From: Octopus vulgaris
Taxonomy: Eukaryota
Length of the DNA: 64,000 nucleotides
Assembly: GCA_951406725.2 (NCBI GenBank)
Contig: OX597823.1
Coordinates: 85,746,001 to 85,810,000, forward strand
Direction of reading: 5' to 3'
The translations under genes and the position numbers were made by a program. Shown piece by piece: positions 1 to 14,626 of the stretch (the first letter of the stretch is position 1; each line of letters begins with the position of its first letter). The notes under the pieces are model-generated. The model was not told where the DNA came from, searched no databases, and worked only from the letters and a program-made list of their open reading frames with translations.

Positions 1-145
1 TTTGATAACATTTTGAGAAACAAATATGTTAGTTGTCTTTATTTTTTGTGTATTCACTGCATTGAGAACACACAAAATGGTTATGCGGCCCGCGTTCGTC
101 GTTTCTGTTATCTGACCCGCCGTGAAAAATGTCTGGTGACCCCTA
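1..145. mobile_element. End of a hAT-like non-autonomous DNA transposon, truncated by the window edge
   Basis: Subterminal ATGCGGCCCGCG and terminal ...GGTGACCCCT followed by ACTCTA resemble hAT MITE ends (CAGGGGT..., TCTAGA-type target). The other end is not visible. Confidence 0.4.
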
Positions 146-456
146 CTCTATGCTATCGAATATACTGACAATAGCGAGGTTTTGTAAGATTTTAGGGTGT
201 AGTTTGTTGGAAAGTTAGCTGCTGTTTCTAGCAGGTCACAGTGACCACGTAGACACACTTTGGTACGCAGTGAAGTTTATTCGAAAACAAGAGGTATATT
301 TATAATGTGACATGCGCGCGATACGGTTTCAACTCCATGTGGAAGACATTTCACTCAAAGATATTTTTCATATTCATAGACATTACTTGAACATCATTAA
401 AAAAATTGTGCCTAATACAAATTACAGTTTCTTGTTGCTTAGACAAGATCAACCCT

Positions 457-1053
457 TATTTCTTTATTGCCCACAAGGGGCTAAACGTAGAGGGGACAAA
501 CAAGGACAGACACAGGGATTAAGTCGATTACATCGACCCCAATACGTAAGTGGTACTTAATTTATCGACTCCGAAAGGATGAAAAGCCAAGTCAACCTCG
601 GCGGAATTTGAACTCAGAACATAACGGCAGACGAAATACCTATTTCTTTACTACCCACAAGGGGCTAAATACAGAGGGAACAAACAAGGACAGACAAACG
701 AATTAAGTCGATTATATCGACCCCAATTCGTAATGATACTAAATTTATCGACTCCGAAAGGATGAAAGGCAAAGTCGACCTCGGCGGAATTTGAACTCAG
801 AACGTAGCGGCAGACGAAATACCTATTTCTTTATTACCCACAAGGGGCTAAACACAGAGCGGACAAACAAGGACAGACATAGGTATTAAGTCGATTACAT
901 CGACCCAGTGCGTAACTGGTACTTATTTAATCGACCCCGAATGGATGAAAGGCAAAGTCGACCTCGGCGGAATTTGAACTCAGAACGTAACGACAGACGA
1001 AATACCGCTAAGCATTTCGCCCGACGTGCTAACGATTCTGCCAGCTCGCCGCC
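457..1053 (-). mobile_element. tRNA-derived SINE family A (Meta-domain-like), trimeric copy
   Basis: Minus-strand head GGCGGCGAGCTGGCAGAATCGTTAGCAC, B-box-like GAGTTCAAATTCC, central GTCGACTTTGCCTTTCATCCTTTCGGGGTCGATAAA..AGTACCAG, and tail GCCCCTTGTGGGCAATAAAGAAATA. Three ~183-bp units, with tails at 457, 641 and 824. Confidence 0.9.
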
Positions 1054-1429
1054 TGTTCGAGTAATCCCATGCTGCAAGCTTTTCCAATAGAGACCATGCA
1101 GTCATTTTGCAACAACTACTGACTGACGTAGTCACACGAGGGTGAGTCACTGATTGACAGAAACATGTTTTCTGCACGTTGTGTACTGAAGGTAACTTAG
1201 TCATTGTTTTTAGTATCACACTGTTTTAGATAATTAATTGCTCTAAACTTGATATTTTCATTCTAATTTAAGCATTGTTTCTACTCAATATGCATGACAA
1301 AACAATCCTTGTTAAGTAATTATTCACTCTAAGTTTCCTTTCTATGTCTGTGTGTATGTATATATGAGTACACTCAGATACAAATACACATACACACACA
1401 CACACACACACGCACACACATATATATAT

Positions 1430-1592
1430 TGTGTGGTAAGAAGCTTGCTTCCCAAACACATGGTTTCGGTTTCAGTCTCACTCGGTGGCACCTTGGGCAA
1501 GTGTCTCCTACTATAGCGTCAGGCCGACCAAAGCCTTGTGAGTGGATTTGGTAGACGGAAACTGGTAGACGGAAACTGAAGGAAACCCATCG

Positions 1593-1634
<42 letters not shown>

Positions 1635-1820
1635 TGTCTCCACCCATTGATTGACAACCGATGTTGGCGTGTTTACGTCCCCATAACATAGCGGTTCGCC
1701 AAAGCGATTAAGTACTAGGCTTACAAGGAATAAGTCCTGGGGTCGGATTGCTAGATTAAAGGCGGTGCTCCAGCACGGCCGGAGTCAAATGACTGAAACA
1801 AGTACAAGAATAAAAGAATA
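1430..1820 (+). mobile_element. tRNA-derived SINE family B with internal microsatellite
   Basis: GTGTGGTAAGAAGCTTGCTTCCCAA head, CCTTGGGCAAGTGTC (CORE-like), internal (TA)n(TG)n, and 3' GGCGGTGCTCCAGCA..GACTGAAACAAGTA with a (TAAAAGAR)n tail. Matches many other copies in the window. Confidence 0.85.
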
Positions 1821-2036
1821 TATACAGGAAAAAAAAAATTATATATAATTTTTACCTTTAATGGCGGTGCCCTAGCATGGCCACAGCTCGAGAGCTGAAA
1901 CTAGATAAAATGAAAATGAATAAAATGATATATATATATATATATATATATATCACATTTCAAAATGTGACCTCGTGTGTACCATTGACGATTTTTTTTC
2001 CTCTGTCTTCCCTTCTCTGGATCTTTCCTTCTCCTA

Positions 2037-2074
2037 TGTTTCCGACGAAGAGCTCCGCTCGAAACGTTCGACCC
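2037..2074 (+). ncRNA. Degenerate minimal type I hammerhead ribozyme motif in a short (TA)n-flanked element (about 1955-2170)
   Basis: CCGACGA-A-GAGC-TCC-GCTC-GAAACGTT. Stem II is perfect and stem III is the palindrome AACGTT. Core U4 is replaced by C and stem I pairs poorly. Confidence 0.5.
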
Positions 2075-2167
2075 TCCTTCTTCCCTTCTTTCCTGAGCGT
2101 CCAATAATACTATATTTGTTCCACGTCCTCGCGTTGTGTTTTTTTTGTGTTTTCTTGTTTGGATTAG

Positions 2168-2962
<795 letters not shown>

Positions 2963-2969
2963 CTATATA

Positions 2970-4388
<1,419 letters not shown>

Positions 4389-4448
4389 GGAAAAATTTCA
4401 AAAACTCGCAAATGTTTAAAATACATTTATTTACACCTATACCACACT

Positions 4449-4834
4449 GTGGAGGCGCAATGGCCCAGTGGTTAGGGCAGCGGACTCGCGGTCATAGGAT
4501 CGCGGTTTCGATTCCCAGACCGGGCGTTGTGAGTGTTTATTGAGCGAAAACACCTAAAGCTCCACGATCCGGCAGGGGATGGTGGCAATCCCTTCTGTAC
4601 TCTTTCACCACAACTTTCTCTCACTCTTACTTCCTGTTTCTGTTGTACCTGTATTTCAAAGGGCCGGCCTTGTCACTCTCTGTGTCACGCTGAATATCCC
4701 CGAGAACTACGTTAATGGTACACGTGTCTGTGCAGTGCTCAGCCACTTACACGTTAATTTTACGAGCAGGCTGTTCCGTTGATTCGGATCAACCGGAACC
4801 CTCATCGTCGTAACCGACGGAGTGCTTCCATCCA
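4449..4834 (+). mobile_element. tRNA-derived SINE, head C with tail type i, with TSD
   Basis: GTGGAGGCGCAATGGCCCAGTGG (A box) and GGTTTCGATTCC (B box); ends ACCGACGGAGTGCTTCCA. 10-bp TSD ATACCACACT at 4439-4448 and 4835-4844. Confidence 0.92.
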
Positions 4835-4908
4835 ATACCACACTAGTTTCAACAATATTTTTTTTTTATGAATGGTAAAAGTTTAAAATCAGAAAAACAT
4901 CTTTAAAA

Positions 4909-4985
4909 GTTTCAATGTTGACAAACTAAAATGTTTCAATGTGGACAAATTAACATGTTTCAATGTTGATAAATTAACATGTTCA
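4909..4985. repeat. 24-bp minisatellite, 3 copies
   Basis: GTTTCAATGTTGACAAACTAAAAT / GTTTCAATGTGGACAAATTAACAT / GTTTCAATGTTGATAAATTAACAT. Confidence 0.85.
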
Positions 4986-5580
4986 AAACAGAAGATGTAA
5001 GTTTGAATGTTCATAGCAGTCAATAAAATTAAAACTGTATCTCAATTTGTTTGAATGTACAAAGTTCATTAATTTTACTGGTGGTCGACAAGTCATACTG
5101 AAAAAAACAAGTGTGAAATGAAAATAGTAAAAAAAAGGGAATTAGTTCTCCGATCCTCTTCTAATAGACGCTTTCGTTTGTAGTGGTGAGTTTGGGGATC
5201 AGATGAATTTATATATATTTTCTTTTTTTTTTTTTGCGAGCGGATCTGATTGTTGATTCGTTAAAATTCTGGTGATGTTTTGTTTTTTCGTGATCAAGCT
5301 TGTCGTTCTCCTTGGTTGGTTTCTTTGTGGATATACGGTCAACATTCGTTCCGGTTGGTTGGTTCTCTTAAGGGGTCATTTCGTTGTATTCGCTGAAGTT
5401 CGGTTTTAATTGGTCTGGAGTTAGGTGACGTCAGCAACTGGTGTTTGTATGGTGATTTGGAGTTGCGGTTTCGGAACCCGGGTGGAAGATTGCTACTAAA
5501 GTTAAATTTTTTTTTTTGTTCCTGTTTTTTGTTTTGAAATTGAGTCTTTTTTCTTTTCTTGTTACTGCTTTTTCTTCTTT

Positions 5581-6080
5581 CTAAAGGATATTCAGGTGTG
5601 GTTTATATTTTTTAATCAGTATGTTTTCCTTATTTAAGCGGAATTGGGTTGAAGTGTTTCCAGTGCATTGATAGGGAAGGAAGATTTAGTATTTAGGGTA
5701 TATGTCTACGGGGCATTAGTCTAGGTGCTTGCTTACGGGAATTTTCCCAGTAGAGGGGTCCCGGATTTGTTGCCTGTGCACCGCTAGTCAATCCCTCAAA
5801 GTTAAGCTAGTTTGACCAATGTAGTCACCACCACAACCTCCACATTTAAGAACATAGATTAAGTTCTTCGAAGCACAGGTGAAGTCATATTTTATGGTAA
5901 AAGTTTGACCTGACTTAAATTTGTATGTTGAAACCTCTAAAAGGAAGATGCAAGTTCCGCAGTTAGGGCGGTTGTACTCTTTGACTGGTGGGGTGGTATC
6001 TTTGGTGGGTTATTTGGCGCTGGTGAGTAATTATTTTAGGGATTGATGTTGTGTCTTGCTTTTAATAATCTTCCTGTTCT
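5581..6080 (-). pseudogene. Decayed Penelope-like retroelement linker and GIY-YIG endonuclease (Cys-rich, Neptune-type)
   Basis: Manual translation: ..KIIKSKTQHQSLK*LLTSAK*..RPNCGTCIFL..FKSGQTFTIKYDFTCASKNLIYVLKCGGCGGDYIGQTSLTLRD*LAVHRQQIRDP..PVSKHLD*..RLNKENILIKKYKPHLNIL*. It has the LIY..YIG, H, E and LN motifs, plus stops and a frameshift. Confidence 0.88.
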
Positions 6081-6574
6081 AATCAGCTGTACAGAATCAA
6101 CACAAACTGATTAGAGATACATTAGAAGCTATCAACAGAAATGACGGATATGAAATAGCAGTACGGAAAATTGTAGAAGTTATCAGAGGACACACGAATT
6201 AATTAATTTTAAGTAAGACTGACTGAGAGAGAACATCTTTGATCCTAAGTGCACTGAAATACCTTGAACTTCTCTCCGACTCCATCGAAGCAGCCATATT
6301 TCCGTTGTTGTATCCGTGTTTATTTCTAATGGTTGTAATATTGATATTGTTTTTTGACAAACTGGAATTCTATTCTCATATAGGATATTTTGAATTGATA
6401 CGTTTATATGGTCTGTGGTGTATTACATTATTTGCTTCGAATTCGGTAAATCTAGCCGACCAGGATATTTATTCATATATTTATTCATTTTCCTGCATTT
6501 TTCTCTATATTTCTTCCGCACTCTCTTCATTTATGAGTGGATGTGTGTAATATGTACCTATATGCGAATTTGTT

Positions 6575-6577
<3 letters not shown>

Positions 6578-6644
<67 letters not shown>

Positions 6645-6696
6645 CGTGTGTGTATGTGTGTGTGTGTATGTGTGTGTGTGTGTGTGAGTGTGTGTG
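6578..6696. repeat. (TG)n microsatellite
   Basis: Read directly from the sequence. Confidence 0.95.
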
Positions 6697-6807
6697 ATAG
6701 AAAGAGAGAACTAAAAGGAGACCGAACGACAGATAGTAAACATAATGCTTCATGGTGTGCTAAATCATTTTTCTAATCACAGATTTCCAGATCTATAAAA
6801 CTAAAGT

Positions 6808-7106
6808 GTGTTGCTTCTCAATCCATGCCTGGCTCATAAGGGCTGGTTTCCCGGTTTCCTTGCAGTATAGGTTCCCCACCTGGACGAGACGTCGGTCCGT
6901 TGCAGGTGAGCTGCAAGATGCAGGAAGAAAGAGTGAGAGAAAGTAGTGGTGAAAGTGTCAGCAGAAGTTCGCCATTACCTTCTGCCGGAGTCGCGTGGAG
7001 CTTAAGTGCTTCGCTCATAAATACACACATCGCCCGGTCTGAGATTCGAGCCCGCAACCATCGACCGCGAGCCCGCTGCTCTAATCACTAGGCCATGTGC
7101 CTCCAC
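6808..7106 (-). mobile_element. tRNA-derived SINE, head C variant with tail type iii, with TSD
   Basis: Minus-strand GTGGAGGCACATGGCCTAGTGATTAGAGCAGC.. with tail GGAAACCGGGAAACC..ATGAGCCAGGC. 13-bp TSD ATAA(A/G)ACTAAAGT at 6795-6807 and 7107-7119. Confidence 0.88.
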
Positions 7107-7447
7107 ATAAGACTAAAGTACTTATGTATATCGAATATTTGCCCTCATCTAATCAAATATCTCTGATAGTTCATTACTGAAACGAAGTTTAATTACAGCA
7201 GACTACTAAACTCGTAACCAATTTGTACATCTGAATGTTAGATGGAAAGAAAATCATTTGAAAGCAAAATTAAGAATATATTAATTATTCTTTGTACTCT
7301 GTAGGGTACCTTCTTTGACCAGTGCAACGTTGAGTATACAGGGATAATTTAAACCAACTGAATTTGGGCCAACTGGAGTTCAGGATTCATCGCTTAATTT
7401 TACCAGAAAGCAATGATCAAATTTACACTAATATTAGGTAGAAATAA

Positions 7448-8158
7448 AGCGGTGAGCTGGCAGACACATATATAATCGACTTAATCCGTTTGTCTGCCCT
7501 TGTCTGTCCTCTCTATGTTTAGCCCCTTGTGGGCAATAAAAAAATATATACTTTAGGGCGGTGAGCTGGAAGAATCGATAGTACGCCGGGCGAAATGCTT
7601 AGCAGTATTTCCTCTGCCGTTACGTTCTGAGTTCAAATTCTGCTGAGGTCGATTTTGCTTTTCATCCTTTCGGGGTCGATTAAATAAGTACCAGTTACAC
7701 ACTGGGGTCGATATAATCGACTTAATCCGTTTGACTGTCCTTGTTTGTCCTCTCTGTGTTTAGCTCCTTGTGGGTAATAAAGAAATAGGTATTTCGTCTA
7801 CCGTTACGTTCAGAATTCAAATTCCGCCGAGGTCGGCCTTGCCTTTCATCCTTTCGGGGTCGATATATTAAGTACCTGTAGTGTATTGGGGTCGATCGAA
7901 TTGACTGGCACCTCCCCAAAAATTTCGGGCCTTGTACCTATGGTAGAAAAGGATATTACATAGAAACAAGATGGCGTGCACGCCGGACAAAATGATTAGC
8001 AACATAATTACGTCCTGAGTTCAAATCCCACGGAGGTCGACTTTGCTTTCATCCTTCCAGAATCGATAAAGTAAGTACCAGTTGAGCACTGGGGTCAGTC
8101 AAATCGACCTATCTCCTTCAACGAACTTGCTGGCCTTGTGTAAAAATTTGAAACTAAT
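7448..8158 (+). mobile_element. Cluster of SINE family A copies (deleted monomer, dimer, older copy)
   Basis: Heads GCGGTGAGCTGG near 7449 and 7558; dimer junction AAAGAAATA|GGTATTTCGTC near 7788; alternative tails GGCCTTGTACC.. and GGCCTTGTGTAAAAATTTGAAAC. Confidence 0.85.
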
Positions 8159-8411
8159 ACTACATAAGAACAACCGTGCGATGAATAAATGAGGCTGTAA
8201 CAAATCTGATCTCGGTGTGCAAATATATTTGCGGGTACTGTTAATTCTATTTATGACAAGCGATATTCAGTGTATAGGCGTGCATGTCTTTGAGATCTAC
8301 ATTCAAATCTATATCTGTCATGACCATTAGGTCTCATAATGCTTAACCAGCTTGTAGTGGTGTATGACGGAGAGTACAACACCCCTTCACCAGAATGGGA
8401 CGATGGTCCGA

Positions 8412-8840
8412 GTGGAGGCATGTGGCTTAGTAGTTAGGGGTGTTGGCCTCATTATCGTAAGATTGTGGTTTCAGTTCCTGGACTGGACAATGCATTGTGT
8501 TCTTGAGCAAACCACTTCATTTCACTTTGCGCCAGTCCACTCAGCTGGCAAAAAGGAGTAATCCTGCGACGGACAGGCATCCCGTCCAGCTGGGATATAT
8601 ATGCGCCATGGGAACTGGGAAACTGTTCCTATGAGTCTGTATGACTCAATAAGAGCCTAATCGTAACTGGGACGACGTTCCACCGCTGGGTTAAATTTCC
8701 AGCTACTTGATTGGACAAGATCAACGTGTAATTAAGTGTTTCGTTCAAGAAAACAGCGCACCGCCCGGTCAAGGAAATGAAATAAACATCTTAATATCGT
8801 GAATGCATCCCACTAACCTCAAAAATGCGCGCCCTCACTA
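8412..8840. mobile_element. Two degenerate head-D (CORE-like) SINEs, tail to tail
   Basis: The + copy from 8412 reads GTGGAGGCATGTGGCTTAGTAG..TTGAGCAAACCACTTCATTTCAC..CCAGTCCACTCAGCTGG. An older minus copy lies at about 8665-8840. Confidence 0.7.
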
Positions 8841-9343
8841 CGGATCTGAAAGCAGATAGGAATAACCAGAAAACGAGTGTGCCTAATACACGTACTTAAT
8901 GCGAGATAATTTTCAAGGCAGTGCTCCAGCGTGACCACAATCCAATGACTGGAAATTGTGAAAGGGTAAAAGGATAAAAGGATATTAGTTATATTTTATA
9001 CAAATGATATAATATCTTAAGTGGTTGCAATATTTGAAACGTAAAATTCTTTATTTCAAAGTATATTCAGTGAGGCGTCCTTCAATGCTTTATAAAAGAA
9101 ATTCTAAAGATATTTACGATTTATCAAGAAGCTGTATTAATGCGCTTTCACGAAGACCATAATGAACAGATACGCGCGAGCGCATACATGCACACACCTA
9201 CATACACAAATTTCTATCTGCCTGTCTCACTTTCTTCCTCTCATTCTCCCTCTCTTTCTCTCTCACTCTCTCTCCCTCTCTCTCTCTCTATATATATACG
9301 CGTGTGTGTATATATGTATATATATAGATACTATGTGTGTGTG

Positions 9344-9469
9344 CCAAGAGGGATACCGGAATGGACATAGCCAATCTGAAAGAAGCGGCCCAGGATAGAA
9401 CTGACAGGAGGACACTGATCCAACGAGTAACCGAGAGTCGACTTCGACTGAGCGGATGGATAGATAGAT
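9344..9469 (+). mobile_element. 5'-truncated RTE-clade LINE 3' end
   Basis: Translates KRDTGMDIANLKEAAQDRTDRRTLIQRVTESRLRLSG, resembling the RTE C-terminal motif DRxxWRxxxxxVTxSRxRL. A (GATA)-type tail follows. Confidence 0.7.
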
Positions 9470-9481
9470 GAGTGTGTGTGT

Positions 9482-9790
9482 GTGGAGGCGCAATGGCCCA
9501 GTGGTTAGGGCAGCGGACTCGCGGTCGTAGGATCGCGGATTCGATTCCCAGACCGGACGTTGTGAGTGTTTATTGAGCGAAAACACCTAAAGCTCCACGA
9601 GACTCCGGCAGGGGGTCGTGGTGATCCCTGCTGTACTCTTTCGCCACAACTTTCTCTGACTCTTTCTTCTGTTGGCCTGCTCGCTTAGCCAGCGGGGTGG
9701 CGCCATTCGAAGGCTAAAACAATACGAACGCATTGTGACCAGCGATGTGTAGCAACATCTGATGGTTTGGTCGGTCACGTGATCACGTGA
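9482..9790 (+). mobile_element. tRNA-derived SINE, head C with tail type ii
   Basis: Same head as 4449. It diverges after CTTTCTCT(G/C)ACTCTT into GTTGGCCTGCTCGCTTAGCC..GGTCGGTCACGTGATCACGTGA. Confidence 0.88.
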
Positions 9791-9814
9791 TATATATATA
9801 TATATATATACGTG

Positions 9815-9960
9815 TGCGGAAAACGCGTGGCCTAATGGATAGGGTGTTGCACTTACAGTCGCAAGATGTTGTGAGTTCGATTCCCCGAACGAACTGCACA
9901 CTCCGTTTCTGAGCAAAATACTGCACTTCACGTTGATCCAGTTGACTCAGCTGTAAATAT
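9815..9960 (+). mobile_element. Head-D SINE 5' fragment
   Basis: TGGCCTAATGGATAGGG..GAGTTCGATTCC..TGAGCAAAATACTGCACTTCACGTTG..CTCAGCTGTAAAT. Confidence 0.7.
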
Positions 9961-10089
9961 ATGCAGTATAGGCTGAGATATTTGATTGGTTCTGCAATCA
10001 CTGATTCTTAAAAGAATGAGATGATGGCACACCATTATGTATCAATGATGGTTTACATGGCTTGAGCGTCGGATCATTAATTTTATTTA

Positions 10090-10345
10090 TTCATGCGACA
10101 TCGTGGAGATAAATAAGTCAATGACACATAGAATGAAGAGACTTAGTCCTGGTCTTAGTTCCTCCTTTACAGTTTTCCAGTACATTAGGCGACAGGATGT
10201 CTCACTCTGGTTTGCAGCATAATTACCTGCTTTTACGTCGGTGATCAAATTTGTCTCAGCTCTCCTTTGAATGTGGCGCGCCATGTCTTCTTCGAAGTCT
10301 TACTTAATTCTAGGTGTGTAATTTTTGGTAAATGTAAACATATGG
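10090..10345 (-). pseudogene. Possible decayed Penelope-like RT N-terminal fragment
   Basis: Translation fragments FTKNYTPRIK*DFEEDMARHI and SCRLMYWKTVKEEL resemble PLE motifs (FKS..PP...FExD; CRLINPxKxEL). Heavily degenerate. Confidence 0.4.
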
Positions 10346-10744
10346 ACAAATTACTTTTGTTGACTTGGAGGACGCCACCCTTCCCGGATTCCTCCGCCTC
10401 GTCTTTGAATTATTTTACACCTGTTATATTAATCCTGATATGAACATCTTTCATTTTTTGAGACGCAACTCTTGTTTAATCTGTCGTTTTTCTTCTTTCC
10501 TTTAACCATGTTATCTTTTCTATTTTCGTTTCGTTTTTCTCATTCCACCATTTGCTTTCAAATTTCTGTCACTCTTGTTTTCTCAACGACTAAGCGTCTT
10601 TTCTCAGTTTTTCAACCAAATCAAACCATGTTGTGTACTTGAGCATGAAAATTGCTTGGAAACAAGAAGTGTGATATGTATAAATCTACCGGTTTATCGT
10701 CTTTCTATGGAAATAATAGTATCTCATATCAAATTAGTATGCAT

Positions 10745-11100
10745 ATTGGTTTTAAATTTTAGCACAAAGCCAGCAATTTTGAGGAATGAGTAAGTCAATA
10801 GCATCGACCCTAGTGCTCTGCTGTTATTTCTTCTCTCAACTATGAAAGGATGATAGGCAAAGTCCACCTCGGTGGAATTTCAAATTGGAAAGTAAAGACG
10901 GACCATGGGGCACAAAACATTTTATCCGGCGTGCTAACGATATTGACAGCTCGCCACTTTCAGTACTTCTTGTGTTCAATTATATTTCTTTACTACCCAG
11001 AAGAGGCTAAGCACAGAGGGGACAGACAAGGACAGAAAAACGGATTAAGTCGATTCCCCAGTGCGTAAATGGTTCTTAATTTATCGACCCCGAAAGGATT
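10745..11100 (-). mobile_element. Degenerate SINE family A copies
   Basis: GGCAAAGTCCACCTCGGTGGAATTT.., and ATTTCTTTACTACCCAG..GGACAGACAAGGACAG..ATCGACCCCGAAAGGAT. Confidence 0.75.
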
Positions 11101-11496
11101 CATTTATATTTATCTAAAATTGAATGAAGTTTTGGCTCATCCTAAAAATATTAGAACAGAAAATTATATATGCATATGTGTGTGTGTGTGTATGCATATA
11201 CTAATGAACACATGAATTCATATGCGTGCATAAAATCACACATACACACACACATATATATATATTCTATATATATGGGTGTGTTTAAATGAGTGTGTGT
11301 GTGTGTATGTGTGGGTGGGTGTCTACTCACAGCTGCAGGTGCATTTAATTGCGAGAAAGCAGTTTTTAAATCATTATAGATGCACACTGCCAGACATATC
11401 CACAATAAACACGACCTTAAAGTGTAAGCAAACAAAAAAAAATCTAACAAAGTAAAACAAATCTAAAGATGTGTGAGTAGGCATTTCAGCACCTTA

Positions 11497-11980
<484 letters not shown>

Positions 11981-12497
11981 TGCTAGTGTGTAAGGAGCCG
12001 TTGTTTTATGGTCGTAAGAAGACAAAAGGCCGGTGTTTGTTTTCGAGGACATACTGACTTGGCTCAATACAAGAGAGAAAATATTGCTTTAGGTCTTTCA
12101 ATACAACTTCATTAATATTATTCCTGGCTTTACGAATTCTTTATCTTTTTACTAATGTTTTCTTTTGTCCTTGCCTTGTTGTCACTCAGTCTCTGCCCTA
12201 CCCCTTCCATTTCTCTCTATATATATGTATATGTACGTATTTACATATATACATATATCCGGACATATATATGCAAATACATACATATATATATGTATAG
12301 TTTGTGTGTGTGTGTGTGTGTGTGTTTTATGTATATATATATATATATATGTATGCACAAACAGAAACACTCACACTGTCTCTGTTACACACACACATTT
12401 TTATACAGTGAGATAGGTTTCCGTAAGGAGCCTACGAAACTTTATGTTGCATGGGGCCTAATCGCACTATTCAAATAACAAGTATATATATACATAC

Positions 12498-12612
<115 letters not shown>

Positions 12613-12633
12613 GGTAGATAGACAAACAGAGAG

Positions 12634-12672
<39 letters not shown>

Positions 12673-12977
12673 GTTGTGTGTGTATGTATGTCTATATGTG
12701 TATATGTATATATATATATATGTGTATTCACATACGATCGCACACAGACATGTACATGCACATCCACGCAGATGTTTTGTCCTGATGTGATGCTGTAATA
12801 AAAGAGCACTCTAAACTGAAGGATTGCTCAGTACGCTTTGTACAAAAGATATATATTGTACTTTTACAAGAAGAACGATGACAGGAACTTCGAAGTTTTA
12901 GAAAATCCACGATAGCTACCAGTCAGAATGTTGAAAGTCACTCTCTACGCTCATCATGTAAAAGTAATTTTTATATA

Positions 12978-13621
<644 letters not shown>

Positions 13622-13953
13622 GTAGCATATCGATGTTCTGGAATCTTCGTTTCGGAAGCCTTTCTGCATTGATGCATTGATGATTTTCCAAATCAGGTGA
13701 TCACCAATGAAGCAAATAATAAATTTACTTCGATAATTAAATCAAATATTGCTACCTGTATATTGAGGTAAATTCGTGCGGATTATATATGTCCGGAAAA
13801 TTGGTCGCCGATATATATATCATATAAATATATATACGTATATATAATTTAAAATGAAGGTGAAATTTTGAATATTAATTTGATTAATATCAATCTAAAA
13901 CCAGTGGTCTAGCAAATTAAAATCTGAAGGTTAGGAAAATTATATTACATACA

Positions 13954-14151
13954 TATAAGGGGGATGAGCACAATGTGGACAACCCTTATGCTAGAAGTAT
14001 ATCCGTTATGGTCTTACCACTAAGAAATGTTCTCACGAAAATTTTTTGTCAGCGTTTGCTCAATGTTCTTGAGAACATTTTTTAGTGGTCAGACCATAGC
14101 GAATCTACTTCTAGCATAAGGCTTGTCCACGTTGTGGTAATTGCCCTTATA
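13954..14151. mobile_element. Fold-back MITE, ~200 bp, with ~85-bp imperfect inverted arms in a TA context
   Basis: TATAAGGG..GTGGACAA.CCTTATGCTAGAAGTA.AT.CG.TATGGTCT.ACCACTAA.AAATGTTCTCA matches its reverse complement, which ends CCCTTATA. Confidence 0.85.
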
Positions 14152-14190
14152 TATATATGTATATACTACATACATACATACATATATATA

Positions 14191-14530
14191 GGTAAAGACC
14201 CCCTTCGGTCATGAATGCCCATGGGATTGCACCAAGAAAGTTACCCTCCTAGACACAAGTCCGGGCAAGGTTGTTTATGGAAGGCCAGCAGTCGCCCATG
14301 CATACCAGCCTCCCCTCTCCACGCCACCAGTGTTATCCAAGGGAAAGACAAAGGTCGATACAGCTTGGCACCTGTGACGTCGCAACTCATTTCTACAGCT
14401 GAGTGAACTGGAGCAACGTGAAGTAAAGTGCCTTGCTCGAGAACACAACACGCAGCCCGGTCCGGGATTCGAGCTCACAACCTCACGATCGTAAGCTCGA
14501 CGCTCTAACCAATGAGCCATGCGCCTTCAC
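14191..14530 (-). mobile_element. tRNA-derived SINE, head D with tail type iv
   Basis: Minus-strand GTGAAGGCGCATGGCTCATTGGTTAGAGCG.. and CORE-like TTCACGTTGCTCCAGTTCACTCAGCTGTAGAAATGAGT, then a distinct tail ending CATGACCGAAGGGGGTCTTTACC. Confidence 0.85.
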
Positions 14531-14541
14531 CTATAGATACA

Positions 14542-14626
<85 letters not shown>

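Noticed and set aside
457-1053. Regularly spaced repeats suggesting a CRISPR array
   Set aside because: The whole 183-bp unit repeats with no unique spacers, and the context is a eukaryotic SINE.
4449-4525. tRNA genes at SINE heads
   Set aside because: A and B boxes are present but no convincing cloverleaf is evident. Each head continues into a SINE body, often with a TSD.
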